The notes under the pieces are model-generated. The model had not been told where the DNA came from. It made no database searches and was given only the letters and a program-made list of their open reading frames with translations. A stretch of 63,995 nt of DNA, counting the filler, from Basidioascus undulatus (Eukaryota): assembly GCA_000826855.1 (NCBI GenBank). It is 9 parts of 9 records of this genome, joined end to end, with 100 filler letters (N's around TTAATTAATTAA, not from the genome) between each part and the next. Parts side by side here need not be neighbours in the genome. Positions count along the whole stretch, not along the records: positions 25,776 to 30,532 come from JTLS01002081.1; positions 30,633 to 35,382 come from JTLS01002083.1; positions 35,483 to 40,228 come from JTLS01002084.1; 6 more parts are not named here. One strand, 5' to 3'. Shown here one piece after another: positions 26,473 through 38,465 of the stretch; the stretch's first letter is position 1; each line of letters begins with the position of its first letter. The translations under genes were made by a program, and so were the position numbers.

Positions 26473-27277
26473 TGGGATATGAGGAATGATGGCAGGCCGA
26501 AAAGCAACACCCTCGCGGACAGGAAGTTTCTGGGCAACTGCACGTCAAGCAGATTGAACTCTGAGAGATTTTGACCGCCCAAACAAACAAGGGTCCTTGT
26601 AAGTCCATCAGGCAGGGAAGAAAGAATAAATGGACCCTTCAAAATGAAAAAGGTTCAATATTCAAATAGATCTCCTTGCCGTATGTTGGAAGCAAGGGGA
26701 ACGAAGCCAAAAGAAGACCGGTGGGAGACGACGAGCAACCGACGTGCAGCGTCCCGGAGCGCAGACAGGCAAAAGGGCCTGAGCGGTTGATAAACCATCG
26801 AGTAAGGATGGTGCTTGGCCAACATTGACTTTGTGCTTGGTCCGGTCTCGAACTATCAGCTGGTCTGGTCCGGTCCGGAGTTCGAGAGGCGAGTGGTCCA
26901 GTTCTTTGGGCCAGACTTAACCACAAAGAATGCGCAATAGCCTCACCATACATACTTATGGGCGTCGGGGCAAGCGAGCGCAATATCTGCCGACGCAGTG
27001 GCCGTAAAGTCTTTGCATTATCGTTTTATTGTTGGACGCCGCTTGAAGCTTAACGAATTGTACTGAAAGCGTGACGGGAAAGGCGAGGTAAAGAAAAAGG
27101 TTCAAGGGGTTACGACGCGAAACGACCGGAAGGACGCCCAAAGAAGACGCGGAAAACATGACGGGGGCGAGCGAGTTTGAAAAGTGGGAAGAGGGGCGTT
27201 GGTGGTGGGACAAGGGTGAGCAGGTGATTTGGAGGGGGGGGAGGGTGGAAGGTGAAAAGACAAGATTGGAAAAGCCT

Positions 27278-28897
27278 TCATGCCTTCTTCGCCTTCGCCT
27301 TTGCCGCGCCCGCGCCGCCGAAGACCCTGCGGCGTTGCTTGATCATGTGGGTGTACATGATGTACAGGCCTGTCCCACCGCCCCCACACTCACAACGCCG
27401 TCAGCGCCCAGCCTCTCACACTCAGTCCCACTCCGTCTCACACTCCGCGGCCGTTTACGGGCGATCGAGAAACCGGGAAGAAAGCGGGAGAGGAGGTAGA
27501 GATAGAGGAAAGAAACGCACCAGGCCACCAAATCGCGAACAGCGTGACGCGCCCGATGTCGCCCGGCCACCAGTTGACCGTGTCCGGCAGGCGGGCGGGG
27601 AGGGTCGAGAAGATGAGGAACGCCTCGGAGCCCGCGCCGGAGGGGTAGAGGACGTAGAAGGTGGTGTAGCTGTGGGGGGGGGAAGGGGCCAGCGGTCAGG
27701 TACGGGCGGGCACGGAAGGGGAGATGCAGTGGCAGGAGGGCCTTAGAGAATGGGAGGAGGGAAGACGACGAAAGTCGGGAGAGGAGAGCGAGTAAGATGG
27801 AAGCAGGGAGACGGGGCGAGGGAAGACGGTGGGAGAAGAAGGAAAAAGGTAGAAGGCAGACAAAAGCTGGGAAGAGAAGAGGGAGAGGTGGGAGAGGGAG
27901 AGGGAGAGGGAGGGGAGGGGAGGGGAGGAAGGAAGCGGCAGAGGGAAAAGGGAAGAGAGACGAACCGGAGCCAGTTGAGGAACGCGGGCTTGGACCCGAG
28001 GAGATTGCATGCGTAGAAGGAGTAGCGGATAATCTCCGTCACGGACCAGGAGATGACCATAGTCGCATAGATGGGGTTGTAGCGTGCCTGTCCATCCCTC
28101 CACACGATTAGCATCAACTCCCCCTTCCTCCGCCTCACTCTCAAGCTTGGGCTAATCACCTGCTCGAACTGCAGCCCCTGCATCTCCGTAATCCTCCAGA
28201 CCAAAAACAAGCGACTCGCAACCTGCATCGCCGTAGTCACAATCGGGCTGCGCACGAGCCCCAGCAGGACATGCACGACTTCGAGCGCAGCGGCGGTCTG
28301 GACGACGCGCACGAGCCAGCCGACGGCGGTGTAGGTCGTGCGCGCGCGGGCGAGGAGGGCGGCCGAAGAGCAGGAGGACGAGGAGAGGGAGGCGAGGTAG
28401 GCCTTGGAGGCGGTGAGCGGGGCGGCGCGGAGGGCGGCCAGGGAGGGAGCGGGCGAGCCGGAGAGGAGGTGCGTGAGCGTTAGGAGGAGGACCGCGGACC
28501 ACCCCAGGGCGGATAGGACGTTGTAGGTGACAAGGTAGAGCGTTGCGAGGGGCGTGGGGGCTGGTTGAGCGTGGGAGACCGTCAGCAGTGTCGTTCCATC
28601 AAAAGACTTCGGGTGAGCTCCAAACGCACCCTTCGTCTTCCTCAGCTCCCCACCCTTCTTAACCGCGACCTCCTTCCCCTCCTGAGATTTCACATCCTTC
28701 TGCTGTAGTGCCATTGTCTGCGGCTGTGGCTTCGGCGTCTGAGGAACGAACGCGCTCGATTGCTTCTCCCTAAACGAGTATAGCGTTGGGTCCGAGTGCG
28801 GGCCGACCTGGTGCGCGGGCGTAGGGGGCTCGGCGCGGCGGCGGTGCGGGGCGGGCGTGAAGGGGACTTGATCGGCGGGGACGGAGCGCGGGGGCAT
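27278..28897 (-). CDS. PHS1: Very-long-chain 3-hydroxyacyl-CoA dehydratase (PTPLA/Phs1)
   Basis: YLVTYN; QTAAALEVVH..LGLVRSP; MQVASRLFLVW; WSVTEIIRYSFY; WLR|YTTFYVLYP.GAGSE; YTHMIKQRRRVF; Lys-rich C-terminus. Confidence 0.93.
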
Positions 28898-29207
28898 CCG
28901 AGGAGGAGGAGGTGATGAGGGTGGACAATAGAGAAGGCAGGCGGCCGAAACGCGTCGGGCTGGCTGGAGGAGGGGAAGGAGGCGTTGGAGCGTCAAAGAA
29001 GAAGAGGCGCGTAACGCGGCTATCGCGGCTGTTTGGGACCGGTTAAAGTCCAGTGCCGCTTGCTTGTCTTCCTCGTTCACGCATCATCCACACCGCCCAC
29101 TAACACCCCCAGACTCATACTATCAAGCCCCCATACATCCCCTTCGACCGAACCTCTCCTCATCAAGCCACCCACTGACCCCCTCGAGCCTCAGCCTCTT
29201 GGTCGAT

Positions 29208-30368
29208 ATGACCGCCCCCTCCTCCAGCGATAACGACGCCGCCCTCGCTGCGCTTTCCGAGCGGGAGAAGATGGCCCGCGGGCTCGCGTACGACGCGATG
29301 CAGGATCCGTCCCTCCTCGAAGCGCGTCTTCGGGCACGGCACTTGCTGAAGGCTTACAATGTGCATCTTCCTTCACGTCCCCCCTCCCTTTCTCCTCCCC
29401 TCGCCTCCCTCTTCCTTTTTCACAGATGAAGAGAGCTGACAGAGATGGGAGTGTGCAGGACTACCCCCCCGCAACCTACTATCCCGGAATGCCCCCCGCG
29501 GACTACTTCGGCCCCGACAGCAGGTTCCAGATCCTCGCCGACCTGTTCCGCGTCCCGCTCGAGAAGGCACGCTTGATCTGCGTCGAGCCGCCGTTTTGGT
29601 GCGATTATGGGGACAATATCGAGTTCAAGGTGCGTTTCCTCACATTTATCCGTCCGTTCTCGGCATAAAAGACGAGATACTAAGTGCTGCGACGAAGAAC
29701 AGGGCGACTTCTACTGCAACTTCAACTGCACGGTCCTCGGTACGTTTGTCACTCTTCCTTATCCCCTTCCTTGTCATCTCCAAACTTACCCCACGCTGTG
29801 TGTTTCCCACAGACTGTGCAAAAGTGACCTTCGGCCACCGCGTGATGCTCGCGCCGAACGTACACGTCCGTTTCCTTCTCCTCACCTTAACCCCTTTCCC
29901 TCTCCGCTCCCCCTCTGTTCCCTCCCGTTTCCCTCTGTTCCTTCTCTCCTGCTCCCCTCCCCTCCCTCCCGTGCTTCCCAAACTAACTGCCTGAGTTTTG
30001 ACGTGGCGGAAACAGATCTACGCCGCCACCCACTCTGTCGACGTAGTCGAGCGCCGCGCCGGGCTGGAGCGGGCTTACCCGGTGGTGGTTCGTCCCTTCC
30101 TCCTCTTCCCTTCCCTTCCGCTCTCCCTCCTCCCTCTTTCCATCTTAATTCCCTGCTAATATTCTCTGATACGCGGTGCAGATCGGTGACGACGTGCGTC
30201 CCTCTCCCTCTCCCTTCCCTTCCCTTCTTTTCCCTCCCCTCTTCGGTACTCTGAGATGCTGATGCCAACGCACACCTGAAACGAAAACAGGTCTGGATCG
30301 GCGGCAACGTATCCATCATTGGCCCGTGCACGATCGGGGACGGGTGCACGATCGCTGCTGGGGCGGTG
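29208..30368 (+). CDS. Maltose/galactoside O-acetyltransferase (trimeric LpxA-like), 3' end truncated
   Basis: EREKMARG..Y; VEPPFWCDYGDNI; FYCNFNCTVLDCAKVTFG; APNVHIYAATHS; AYPVVIGDDVWIGGNVSII; IGDGCTIAAGAV. Confidence 0.92.
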
Positions 30369-30965
30369 GTACGTCCCTTTTCCTCCTCCTTCCCTCTCCC
30401 CTCTTCCTCTCCCCCCTCTTCTTCTTCTCCCTCTTCCTCTCCCCTCCTCTCCTCCCCTCTTTTCTCCCCTCTTCCCTCTTCCTTATCCCCTCCCTCCCTC
30501 CGTCTCGAAACAAACTGAAACCCCAAAACCCGNNNNNNNNNNNNNNNNNNNNNNNNNNNNNNNNNNNNNNNNNNNNTTAATTAATTAANNNNNNNNNNNN
30601 NNNNNNNNNNNNNNNNNNNNNNNNNNNNNNNNAAATCTCGACTGGTTCAGTGCACAAGAGGTATTGTCCGAATGCTGCAACAGTGTTTCATGGAGACTGT
30701 CAAACTGTCGACACGACGCTAGGACCATGAGGCGCTGTGTTCCTGATTGCGACGGGCGGCACAGCCTCGCTGCTCTTGCTCACCTTTTCCCAGCGACAAA
30801 GAGTCAGGCGAAGCAGCCTAAAGACGACTTGGGGTTCGTCAGCACGTGCGCCTGCAGCAGCATGCCGAAGGCCGAGCCTGCTGACTTCGAAGTTCTTCCA
30901 ACCCGGGTACACAATCACACTTCGTCGCTTCCCTTCACTTTCGACAATCATCACCTGAAACCGCC

Positions 30966-33745
30966 ATGCCTTCATCTAACAAGAGAAGGATCGCGTACGG
31001 CGCAGCGTGTCTGCCGTGTCGGGATCGCAAGCTCGTGGGCGTCGTCATTTCTTCACATCGGCCGCAGCGCAGTGATACTGACCTGTTGCATGTTTGCTCG
31101 TCTGGAAGAGATGCGATGCCGCTCCTCTGATATGCTCGCAATGCGTAAAGTCGCAGCTTGGTCTTGAATGCAAGTATGGGAGAAGCCAGGGGAACAAGGT
31201 GGAGCGGTTGGAGAGGAAGATCGGTGCGTCGACGTGTTTTGCTCGAGTGCAGTGTGCCGGGTGATGGCTCTAATGACTTAAGAACATTGCATCCGTATCA
31301 TCACGTATAGCCGAGCTCGAGAAGGCCTTGGAGGAGATCAAAAAGGACGAACCGACCGCGGGGCCTGCGGCTATCCGACCTTTGCCCTGTGCGTCTCTTG
31401 CGCTCATACGCGTGAGAGTGGCGCAAACCCATGGCCCGATGCGTTGCAGTGTCTCTTTCCGAAAGCTCTTCCTCGGAGAACGCTTCCGCTGAGAGCCCTG
31501 TGCTTGAAGGTACGTCATGCGACTTTGAGTTTTTCGGCTTCATTGCTGTGAGGCTGACCCGACACTCATCAGCGGTACCGATAGTAGGGATCTTTCCTCC
31601 CTCCGCCCTCGTCGAATGTGCGCCGGGCCGAGGGCAGCTCCCGTACATGCTCCGGGACTGTCCTGGACTGTTCGAGCTCGACGTCAGCGACCACTTTCCC
31701 TACGACCTGTCCACGAAGCTGTAAGCAGCCGCACCCGCTGCTCAGACAGAACGTAGCTGAATTGCGAACCTCTCCTGAAACAGCCTCGACATTTTCTTCT
31801 CAAAGTGCTTCGTGTCGCACGTCTTCCAGGCTTCTTCGCTCTACGCTTCCCTCTTCCTCCCTCTCAAGCATCCCGATCGGCCTCACACGAGCGTCTTGTT
31901 CGCCATCTACGCGCTTGCCGTTAGCATCAGCTGCGACTCGAGCCTCCGTCTGCTTGAGTACCCTTTGGTTCAACGGGCCAAAGATTATCTCTACAAGGCC
32001 TTGGATCAAGATGGGTGTGTGCCCGTGCTTTGGTAACCTTCCTGCGTATGGCGTGCTGACAGCGTGGACTACAGCCTCTTCGGCGCGCTTCAAGCCTACT
32101 GGGTTCTTTCAGTGCGCATGTCCTGATATGTACTGCTCTGCGCGCACTCAAAGCTCGGGATGCTTGCCAGGAGTACTACGAGCTCTCGTCCCTCTACATG
32201 TTCGAGGCTGCGGGTGCGCACGTTGGCAGCTCGTGCGACGCTTCCCATCTTACCACTTCAAAACTAACAGGATTGAAGCTCTCGGTCGCCCTCGGATTCC
32301 ATCGTCTCACTCCAGCGAAGCTCATTGCGGCTATCAAACGACGCTGCTACAAGACCAATGACCGCACGTCAGCGCGGTGGTTCGGCCTACCTGGGACGCA
32401 CGTCACTCTGCACCGTGTACCCGAAACGCCAGAAGAGCAAGCGTGGGTCATCGACTTTCATTTTTCTAGTCATTTAACTTCACGAAACAGGTGGTGGCTG
32501 ACATGATTGTGTACGCTGCGATGCCCGGCAGGCTGTCGTTGTCGCTGTTCTGGGGATTCTATTACCTGGAGTAAGGACTCCCATCTATGCTATCTTACAT
32601 TTTAACATGGAAGAGTCGCACTAAATCTTTTGATGTCTCCCGATCGACAGCCGTACCTGTTGTGTGGCTACCTATCGGCCAACGTGCGCCACGCACGAGG
32701 ACGATATTTTGACTGCGTTGACACTGCCCTGTCCTCTGGTGAGTTCCTCGTAAGAAAACCTGGACACAAACACAATTTTAGCACTGAAATGTTAACCTCC
32801 TTGCAGCTCAGCGATGCTGATGGTGGCGACACCGCAGTCCAGACGCTGCAAGACCCCGACTGCTACACGCGCCACCCGCAGATGGGCTCGCATACTTTCC
32901 TGGTACGTGTGCAATTGGCCCACGGGGGATGGAGATCTTCTTGTATGCTGAGCCTGAAGTCTCGGTTCCTCCAGATTAAGGCCGTCTCGCTCGCCTGCCG
33001 CGCTTCCCGTCTGAACGACTCCGACGCGACCGACATCGCTCACGACGATCCGCATGCGATGTCCAAGATTCGCACAAGCGAGGATTTCGCCGCGCTGGAC
33101 AAGCTCCTCGTCGCCTTTCGGGAGAGCTTGCCAGACTGCCTGACTGGACCGCCACGCCTTGGCCGCACCCCCTGCTCCTTCGATGAGGAAGCTCGGATAA
33201 CGGCGAGGTTTTTTACGGCCTTGTGCGTGTACCTGATTAATTAATACGGTATGCCGTCATCTAAACCAGCCGAAAAATTCCAGGGGTCCGCTCCTGCTAC
33301 ATGCGCCTCATCTCCGCACGAACGCCGTTTCCGAGGCGGTGTGCGACCGTGCTGCAGCTGAGATCGTCGAGCTCATCTCCCTCGTCCTGGCCGTTCCGAA
33401 CTACGACGTCTCCCGTCTACCGTGTGAGGCCCAGTACGTCCATGTGTAGCACTTCCATTTAACTTTGATCATGGTATTCAACCGGACGAACGGAACAGTG
33501 GGCCTTGGTATCGCGCTGGTCAGCACTCGATTCGCGCAATGCGCAGAGCGCGGCGCAGGAAGCTGTGGGGCGAGGAGGCACGCTTGCGAGCATCCGCCAC
33601 GCTCTGTATATCTGTGCTGATGCAGTTTGGAAAGACCTGGAGTTTCACAGGTGGGCAAGCTCTGTCGTCGGGTCATCCCACCATCACGCTTGGTCTGATC
33701 GCCGTATTGCAGTTCACCATGCGCAACTTCTCGAGCAGGCCATGA
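30966..33745 (+). CDS. Zn(II)2Cys6 fungal transcription factor, multi-exon
   Basis: ACLPCRDRKL|RCDAAPLICSQCVKSQLGLECKY, then coiled coil VERLERKIAELE; middle region with HPDRPHTSVLFAIY; exon boundaries in the 3' half approximate. Confidence 0.85.
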
Positions 33746-34290
33746 GAGTTGTGCCCTAATAGCGTCAACAGAATTCTGGGGGTAGCTTGGTATTCTTGAC
33801 GGTAGCGATAAATCCGTGTCGAGATGGAGATGTGTGCTTGTCGCGTAAAGATGGGCAGTTGTTGTGCAAGATGGATGGCTGGATGGACATGACCGCCAGT
33901 CACTTTCAAATTAGACATGCACCGACCGATATCGCTCCGGGAATTGGAAAATAAGCGTATTATTTTCGGTCGCATAAGGGGACATCTCGACCAAGCAGAG
34001 TACGGAAGCTCGGCAGATGCTCACATGCCGCCGCTGCAGGCTGCGCAGCGGAATCGCTACATCTTGCCAGCAGGCGCCAGGCCAGATCGACTCGCCCATA
34101 TTTCGGTGAAGACATCGGGAGGAGGAAACACCAGAATCATCGAAACCGGCATCGTCACGCTTGCGGTCCCCCATCGGTTGCCTCTTCCCTACCTTGTCAA
34201 CCTCGCCCGGCACGCACAAAATCCCATCCGCAGCACACGCATTGTACACGAACGCAATCGATCCCGCGCGCCCCTCCCATCCCCTGGAAT

Positions 34291-35382
34291 CTACAAGAAG
34301 AACCTCCTCCGGCTCGTCTCGAGCTCGCTCTTCCACTGCCACTCGAACCCGCCGACGTCCTCGGCGTCCTTGGCCTCCGCGGGGCGGTTGTCGACGGCCA
34401 TACGCACGCCCGGCGTGCCCTTCTTGAGCCACCGCAGCTTGAGCGTGAAGCGCGGGCCGATCTCCTGCAGCGCTGTCTTCTCGGTGGACTTAAATGCGTA
34501 GCTGTTTGTTCGAAGGGGTTGGTAAGCGTTCGGTTCGGCGGATGGGAGGGAACAAGGGAGGAGTAGGGGGGAATAGGAAGGAGGAAGGGGGTGTGGGGAA
34601 GAGGGAAGGTGGAGTGGGGGAAGAGACGACGAACCGATGCCGGCGGAAGAATATGAAGTCGCGCTGAACATGGAAGGTGACTACTTGGCGGCCCTCGAAG
34701 TCCGGCACGGGCGGGAAGAGCGCCTGGAACATCCGCCCGACGGTGTGGCCCAGGCGCGTCACAAAGTTGTTGAGCACCAGCTCGGGGTGGTGCGGCGTCG
34801 GGCGCGCGTGGCCCTGGAAAGGGGAAGTGAGCGGGGGGAGGGGTGGGAGGGTAAGAGACGTACCGTGATGGATTTGGAGGTTTGGATGGAGGTCAGCTTG
34901 AAGTATGCCGTGGGGCCGTGGGGGAGGTGGATGAGGGTGATAGCATCTGTCCCCGCCGGTCAGGTCAAATGAGCACCAAGCCATCCACCCCCGCAAAGCA
35001 GCCCACTCACTCGGCGCCTTATGGTCCTCATTAACGACGACCAAGTCGGAGTACCCCCTCCCGCGCGCCCACCCGGCAATGCGGCCCACCTCGAACCCCT
35101 TCCCTTTGAGGCGGCGCACGAACTCGGACCCGGGCAGGACGCCGACGAGCTCGTCGCAGAACTCGTACGTCGCCTTGCTCGCCTGCGCGGAGGTAGTGAT
35201 GAGGATCTTGGGCGGCAGCGGCGGGGAGTCCGGGTCGTTTGGGTCCGATGGCGTGGGCGTGAAGTACGAGGCGAAGGCGTCCGTCTGGAGGTCGAAGGCC
35301 GTTTCGGGGTCGTCGGTCCCTAGTGGCATGGAGGAGGGGTCGGCGGGGGTGGAGGTCGGTTCGGAGGTGGCGTCGGCGGAGG
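34291..35382 (-). CDS. RPF1: Brix-domain ribosome biogenesis protein Rpf1, 5' end truncated
   Basis: PKILITTS; HLPHGPTAYFKLTSI; GHARPTPHHPELVLNNFVTRLGHTVGRMFQALFP; GRQVVTFHVQRDFIFFRRHRY; LQEIGPRFTLKLRWL; ends RRRFFL*. Confidence 0.95.
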
Positions 35383-35482
35383 NNNNNNNNNNNNNNNNNN
35401 NNNNNNNNNNNNNNNNNNNNNNNNNNTTAATTAATTAANNNNNNNNNNNNNNNNNNNNNNNNNNNNNNNNNNNNNNNNNNNN

Positions 35483-36215
35483 ACAGTTCATCGGATATCT
35501 TTACAACGATAACCCGTTCGGGCTTTTATAACCCTGACCATGGTAAGATCACTAGCCTTCGGGTCTAATTCTAGATACTAATTCATTTTTTCATAATTGG
35601 TTTATCTACGTATCTACCTCCTAATTTTATTAATAAATTTACATACCAATATTATCATTAGACATAATGTCTAATGTTCTAGATGTAAATGCTTATAAAA
35701 GAGATGTTACTTGCATCTAAAATTAACTTGCTGACCCATTATGCAAAAGGTACGCTCTTATTATTTATTTAAATTTTAACTTGAGCTGCTTATAAAACTA
35801 CTATTTCAGGGTATTTCCCTCACGGTACTGTTACTCTATCGCTTATATATTTTTTTTAGCCTTAGAGGAAGGTTCCCCTATTTTTCAACAGATTTTTTTC
35901 CGTTATACTTAAATATATTTTATAATATATTTACTATAAACAATTATAACCTATATTTGGTAAATATAGTAATTATTTATTAAGGCTTTTGCTATTAAGA
36001 AGACACCTAATAACAATCTCGTTTGATTTCTTTTACTAAAGTTACTAAGATATTTCAATTCACTTTGTCTTATAATTAGATTTCTCTATGATTTCTAGTT
36101 TATATTGTTCCCTAGATATAAATATCTTGAAATATATAGCTAACCATCCATAATAGTTTCTTTATATACTTGTCTTGATTTGTCAAGATGTATATGGTAC
36201 ATATCATCTTTATTG
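35483..36215 (-). rRNA. rnl: Mitochondrial large-subunit rRNA, 5' portion (5' end approximate)
   Basis: Minus strand has LSU motifs GTGAATTGAAATATCTTAGTAAC, AGTACCGTGAGGGAAA, TTTTGCATAATGGGTCAGCAAG, GACCCGAAGGCTAGTGATCTTACCATGG. Confidence 0.92.
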
Positions 36216-36243
36216 AGCCATATTATTAGACTTTTTTTAGTTA

Positions 36244-36315
36244 TCAGGTTATTATGATTCGAACATAAACAATCTCCAACCCAAATGAAGCGACCAACCA
36301 TCGGACACTAACCTG
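36244..36315 (-). tRNA. trnP: mt tRNA-Pro(TGG)
   Basis: Cloverleaf CAGGTTA...TT-TGG-GT loop...GTTCGAATC...TAACCTGA. Confidence 0.9.
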
Positions 36316-36428
36316 TAAGACCTATAATGTATTTACATTAGTTTAATTTTATTATATATATAATAACATGTTAATACATTATTATACGCAATTTTATTTA
36401 ATTAATTTTTTAGATACATTATAGGTAT

Positions 36429-36514
36429 CAGAGAGTATATGATTCGAACATATGAAAGTTTATATCTTTAGCTAGACTCAAGCTAGCCGCCTTAAACCAC
36501 TCAGCAAACTCTCT
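36429..36514 (-). tRNA. trnS: mt tRNA-Ser(TGA)
   Basis: GCTAG-CT TGA GT-CTAGC anticodon arm, long variable arm. Confidence 0.9.
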
Positions 36515-36522
36515 TTTTTTTT

Positions 36523-36594
36523 TGATTCTTCAGTGACTCGAACACTGAACATATCCTTATCAAGAATACACTTTACCAGTTAAGTTAAAGAACC
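36523..36594 (-). tRNA. trnI: mt tRNA-Ile(GAT)
   Basis: TATTC-TT GAT AA-GGATA anticodon arm; GTTCGAGTC T-loop. Confidence 0.9.
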
Positions 36595-36605
36595 TATAAT
36601 ATATT

Positions 36606-36677
36606 CAAGAGCACTTAGATTTGAACTAAGAAATATAAGGTTGAAGCTTACAGTTTTACCTATTAAACTATGCTCTT
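36606..36677 (-). tRNA. trnW: mt tRNA-Trp(TCA), reads TGA as Trp
   Basis: GTAAG-CT TCA AC-CTTAT anticodon arm; matches in-frame TGA codons at conserved Trp positions of cox3 and nad6. Confidence 0.9.
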
Positions 36678-36758
36678 CGGAAAAAAGATGAATCGAACAT
36701 CTAAGTGTTAAAACACAATATTTAGCAAATATCTTACCCTACCAATAGCAACTTTTCC
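36678..36758 (-). tRNA. trnS: mt tRNA-Ser(GCT)
   Basis: GATAT-TT GCT AA-ATATT anticodon arm, long variable arm. Confidence 0.88.
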
Positions 36759-36777
36759 TTTAATTTATATACATATA

Positions 36778-36850
36778 CGAGTTAGACCGGTTTTGATCCG
36801 GCATCTATTTTCTCGACAAGAAAACCCTTTACCAATTAAGTTACTAACCC
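36778..36850 (-). tRNA. trnD: mt tRNA-Asp(GTC)
   Basis: TTTTC-TT GTC GA-GAAAA anticodon arm; acceptor GGGTTAG/CTAACTC. Confidence 0.88.
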
Positions 36851-36854
36851 TATA

Positions 36855-36925
36855 TATGGCTAGCTGAATTCGAATCAGCACACTTTACTTGGAAGGTAAA
36901 CAGTCTACCATTAACTTATAGCCAT
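36855..36925 (-). tRNA. trnG: mt tRNA-Gly(TCC)
   Basis: TTTAC-CT TCC AA-GTAAA anticodon arm. Confidence 0.9.
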
Positions 36926-36959
36926 TATGACAATTTTAATATTTAAATTATTTACTTAT

Positions 36960-37030
36960 TATGACTAGCTGAATTCGAATCAGCACATCTTATATGGTAA
37001 ATAAGCAGTCTACCATTAACTTATAGTCAT
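36960..37030 (-). tRNA. trnG: mt tRNA-Gly(ACC)
   Basis: Near-copy of the adjacent trnG with anticodon arm CTTAT-TT ACC AT-ATAAG. Confidence 0.87.
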
Positions 37031-37064
37031 TTTCGGAATTTTAACTCAGATTATAGTAATCTAT

Positions 37065-37136
37065 TAAGACCTATGGGATTTGAACCCATATTATAATGAT
37101 TAAAAGTCACATGTTTTACCATTAAACTAAAGTCTC
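37065..37136 (-). tRNA. trnK: mt tRNA-Lys(TTT)
   Basis: GTGA-CT TTT AA-TCAT anticodon arm; GTTCAAATCC T-loop. Confidence 0.88.
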
Positions 37137-37617
37137 TAAAGAATAGATTTACTATGATCATTAGCATCTATTCTTTACTCATTTAAATATCTAAAGCATG
37201 TACCTTAATCTGTACTTATTATTAATTACTTAATTTTCCTTAGTAATCTAATTATAATATTAATTTTAGACCTATGGTTATACCAATGCTTTAGTATCCT
37301 TAATCTATCTTCAGATTAACACTCGTACTGGAAACTACTCTATTTATAGCTATTCTAAAATATTCATTAATGAATAGCTAAATTACAATTATATCTTCCA
37401 CTTCTGATATAATTTTTTAAAACTTTTTAATTAATTCATACTTAAAGAATTAGTTAAAATATATCCATGCATTTAATGCACAATTAATAAATATATAATT
37501 TATGTTGTAAAATAACAGGTCTATATAGACCTGTTAAAACAAATATATCTTATTATTTATCTATATTTAGATATTATACCTTAGGTATAATAAATAGATA
37601 TTTAAACATATTTATTT

Positions 37618-38427
37618 CTAATAACCTCAGTAGTATACAGAAATATATAAGAATAATCATACTACGTCTACAAAATGTCAGTATAATATACCTGATTCGT
37701 AACCAAGATGATGGTGATCTGTTAAATGGTATGCAGCTAAACGTCATAATCCTACAGCTAAGAAAGCTGTTCCAATAATAACGTGTATACCGTGGAAACC
37801 AGTACCAAAGTAGAAACATGAACCATAAACACTATCAGAAATAGTGAAAGAAGATACTGAATATTCAACACCTTGGAAGAAAGTAAATATTACAGCTAAT
37901 GTAATTGTTACAGCTGTACCATATAAAGCACCTTTTCTATTACCTTGTATTAAAGAATGGTGAGCATATGTAATTGTCACACCTGAAGATAATAATAATA
38001 TAGTGTTTAATAATGGTAACTCAAAAGGATTAACAGCTTGTATACCTAATGGAGGTCATTGTGCACCTAATTCAACACTAGGTGATACTGCACTATGAAA
38101 GAATGCTCAGAATATAGCTAAGAAGAAGAAAACTTCAGATATAATAAATAAACCTACACCTAAGTTTAATCCTTTTTGTACAGCATTAGTATGATTACCT
38201 AAATAAGTACCTTCTGAAATTACATCTCTAAATCATAAAGCCATAACGTAAATAACGTTAAATACAGCTAAAACTACTAAATATTGGAATCCTTGGAATC
38301 CATGCATAAATAAAACTGCAGTTGTTGTTAATATAAATAATGACAAACTAGTAAACAATGGTCAAGGTGACGGAGATACTAAATGGAAAGGATGATTTTG
38401 AAAATTACTTTTTGATTTATATATCAT
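37618..38427 (-). CDS. cox3: Cytochrome c oxidase subunit 3 (mitochondrial, code 4)
   Basis: 810-nt ORF when TGA=Trp: [12 protein letters not shown]...[20 protein letters not shown]...GTGFHGIHV...YWHFVDVVWLFLY; no introns. Confidence 0.97.
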
Positions 38428-38465
38428 ATTTTAATTTAATAATTAATTGTTTAAGCTTTATCTTT

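Noticed and set aside
37250..37330. CTGAAGA on the minus strand suggesting a hammerhead ribozyme core, or rnpB in the cox3-trnK spacer
   Set aside because: No GAAA directly after a closing stem II, and I could not form the RNase P P4 pairing (GGAAAGTC with the ACAnAAnnnnGCTTA box).
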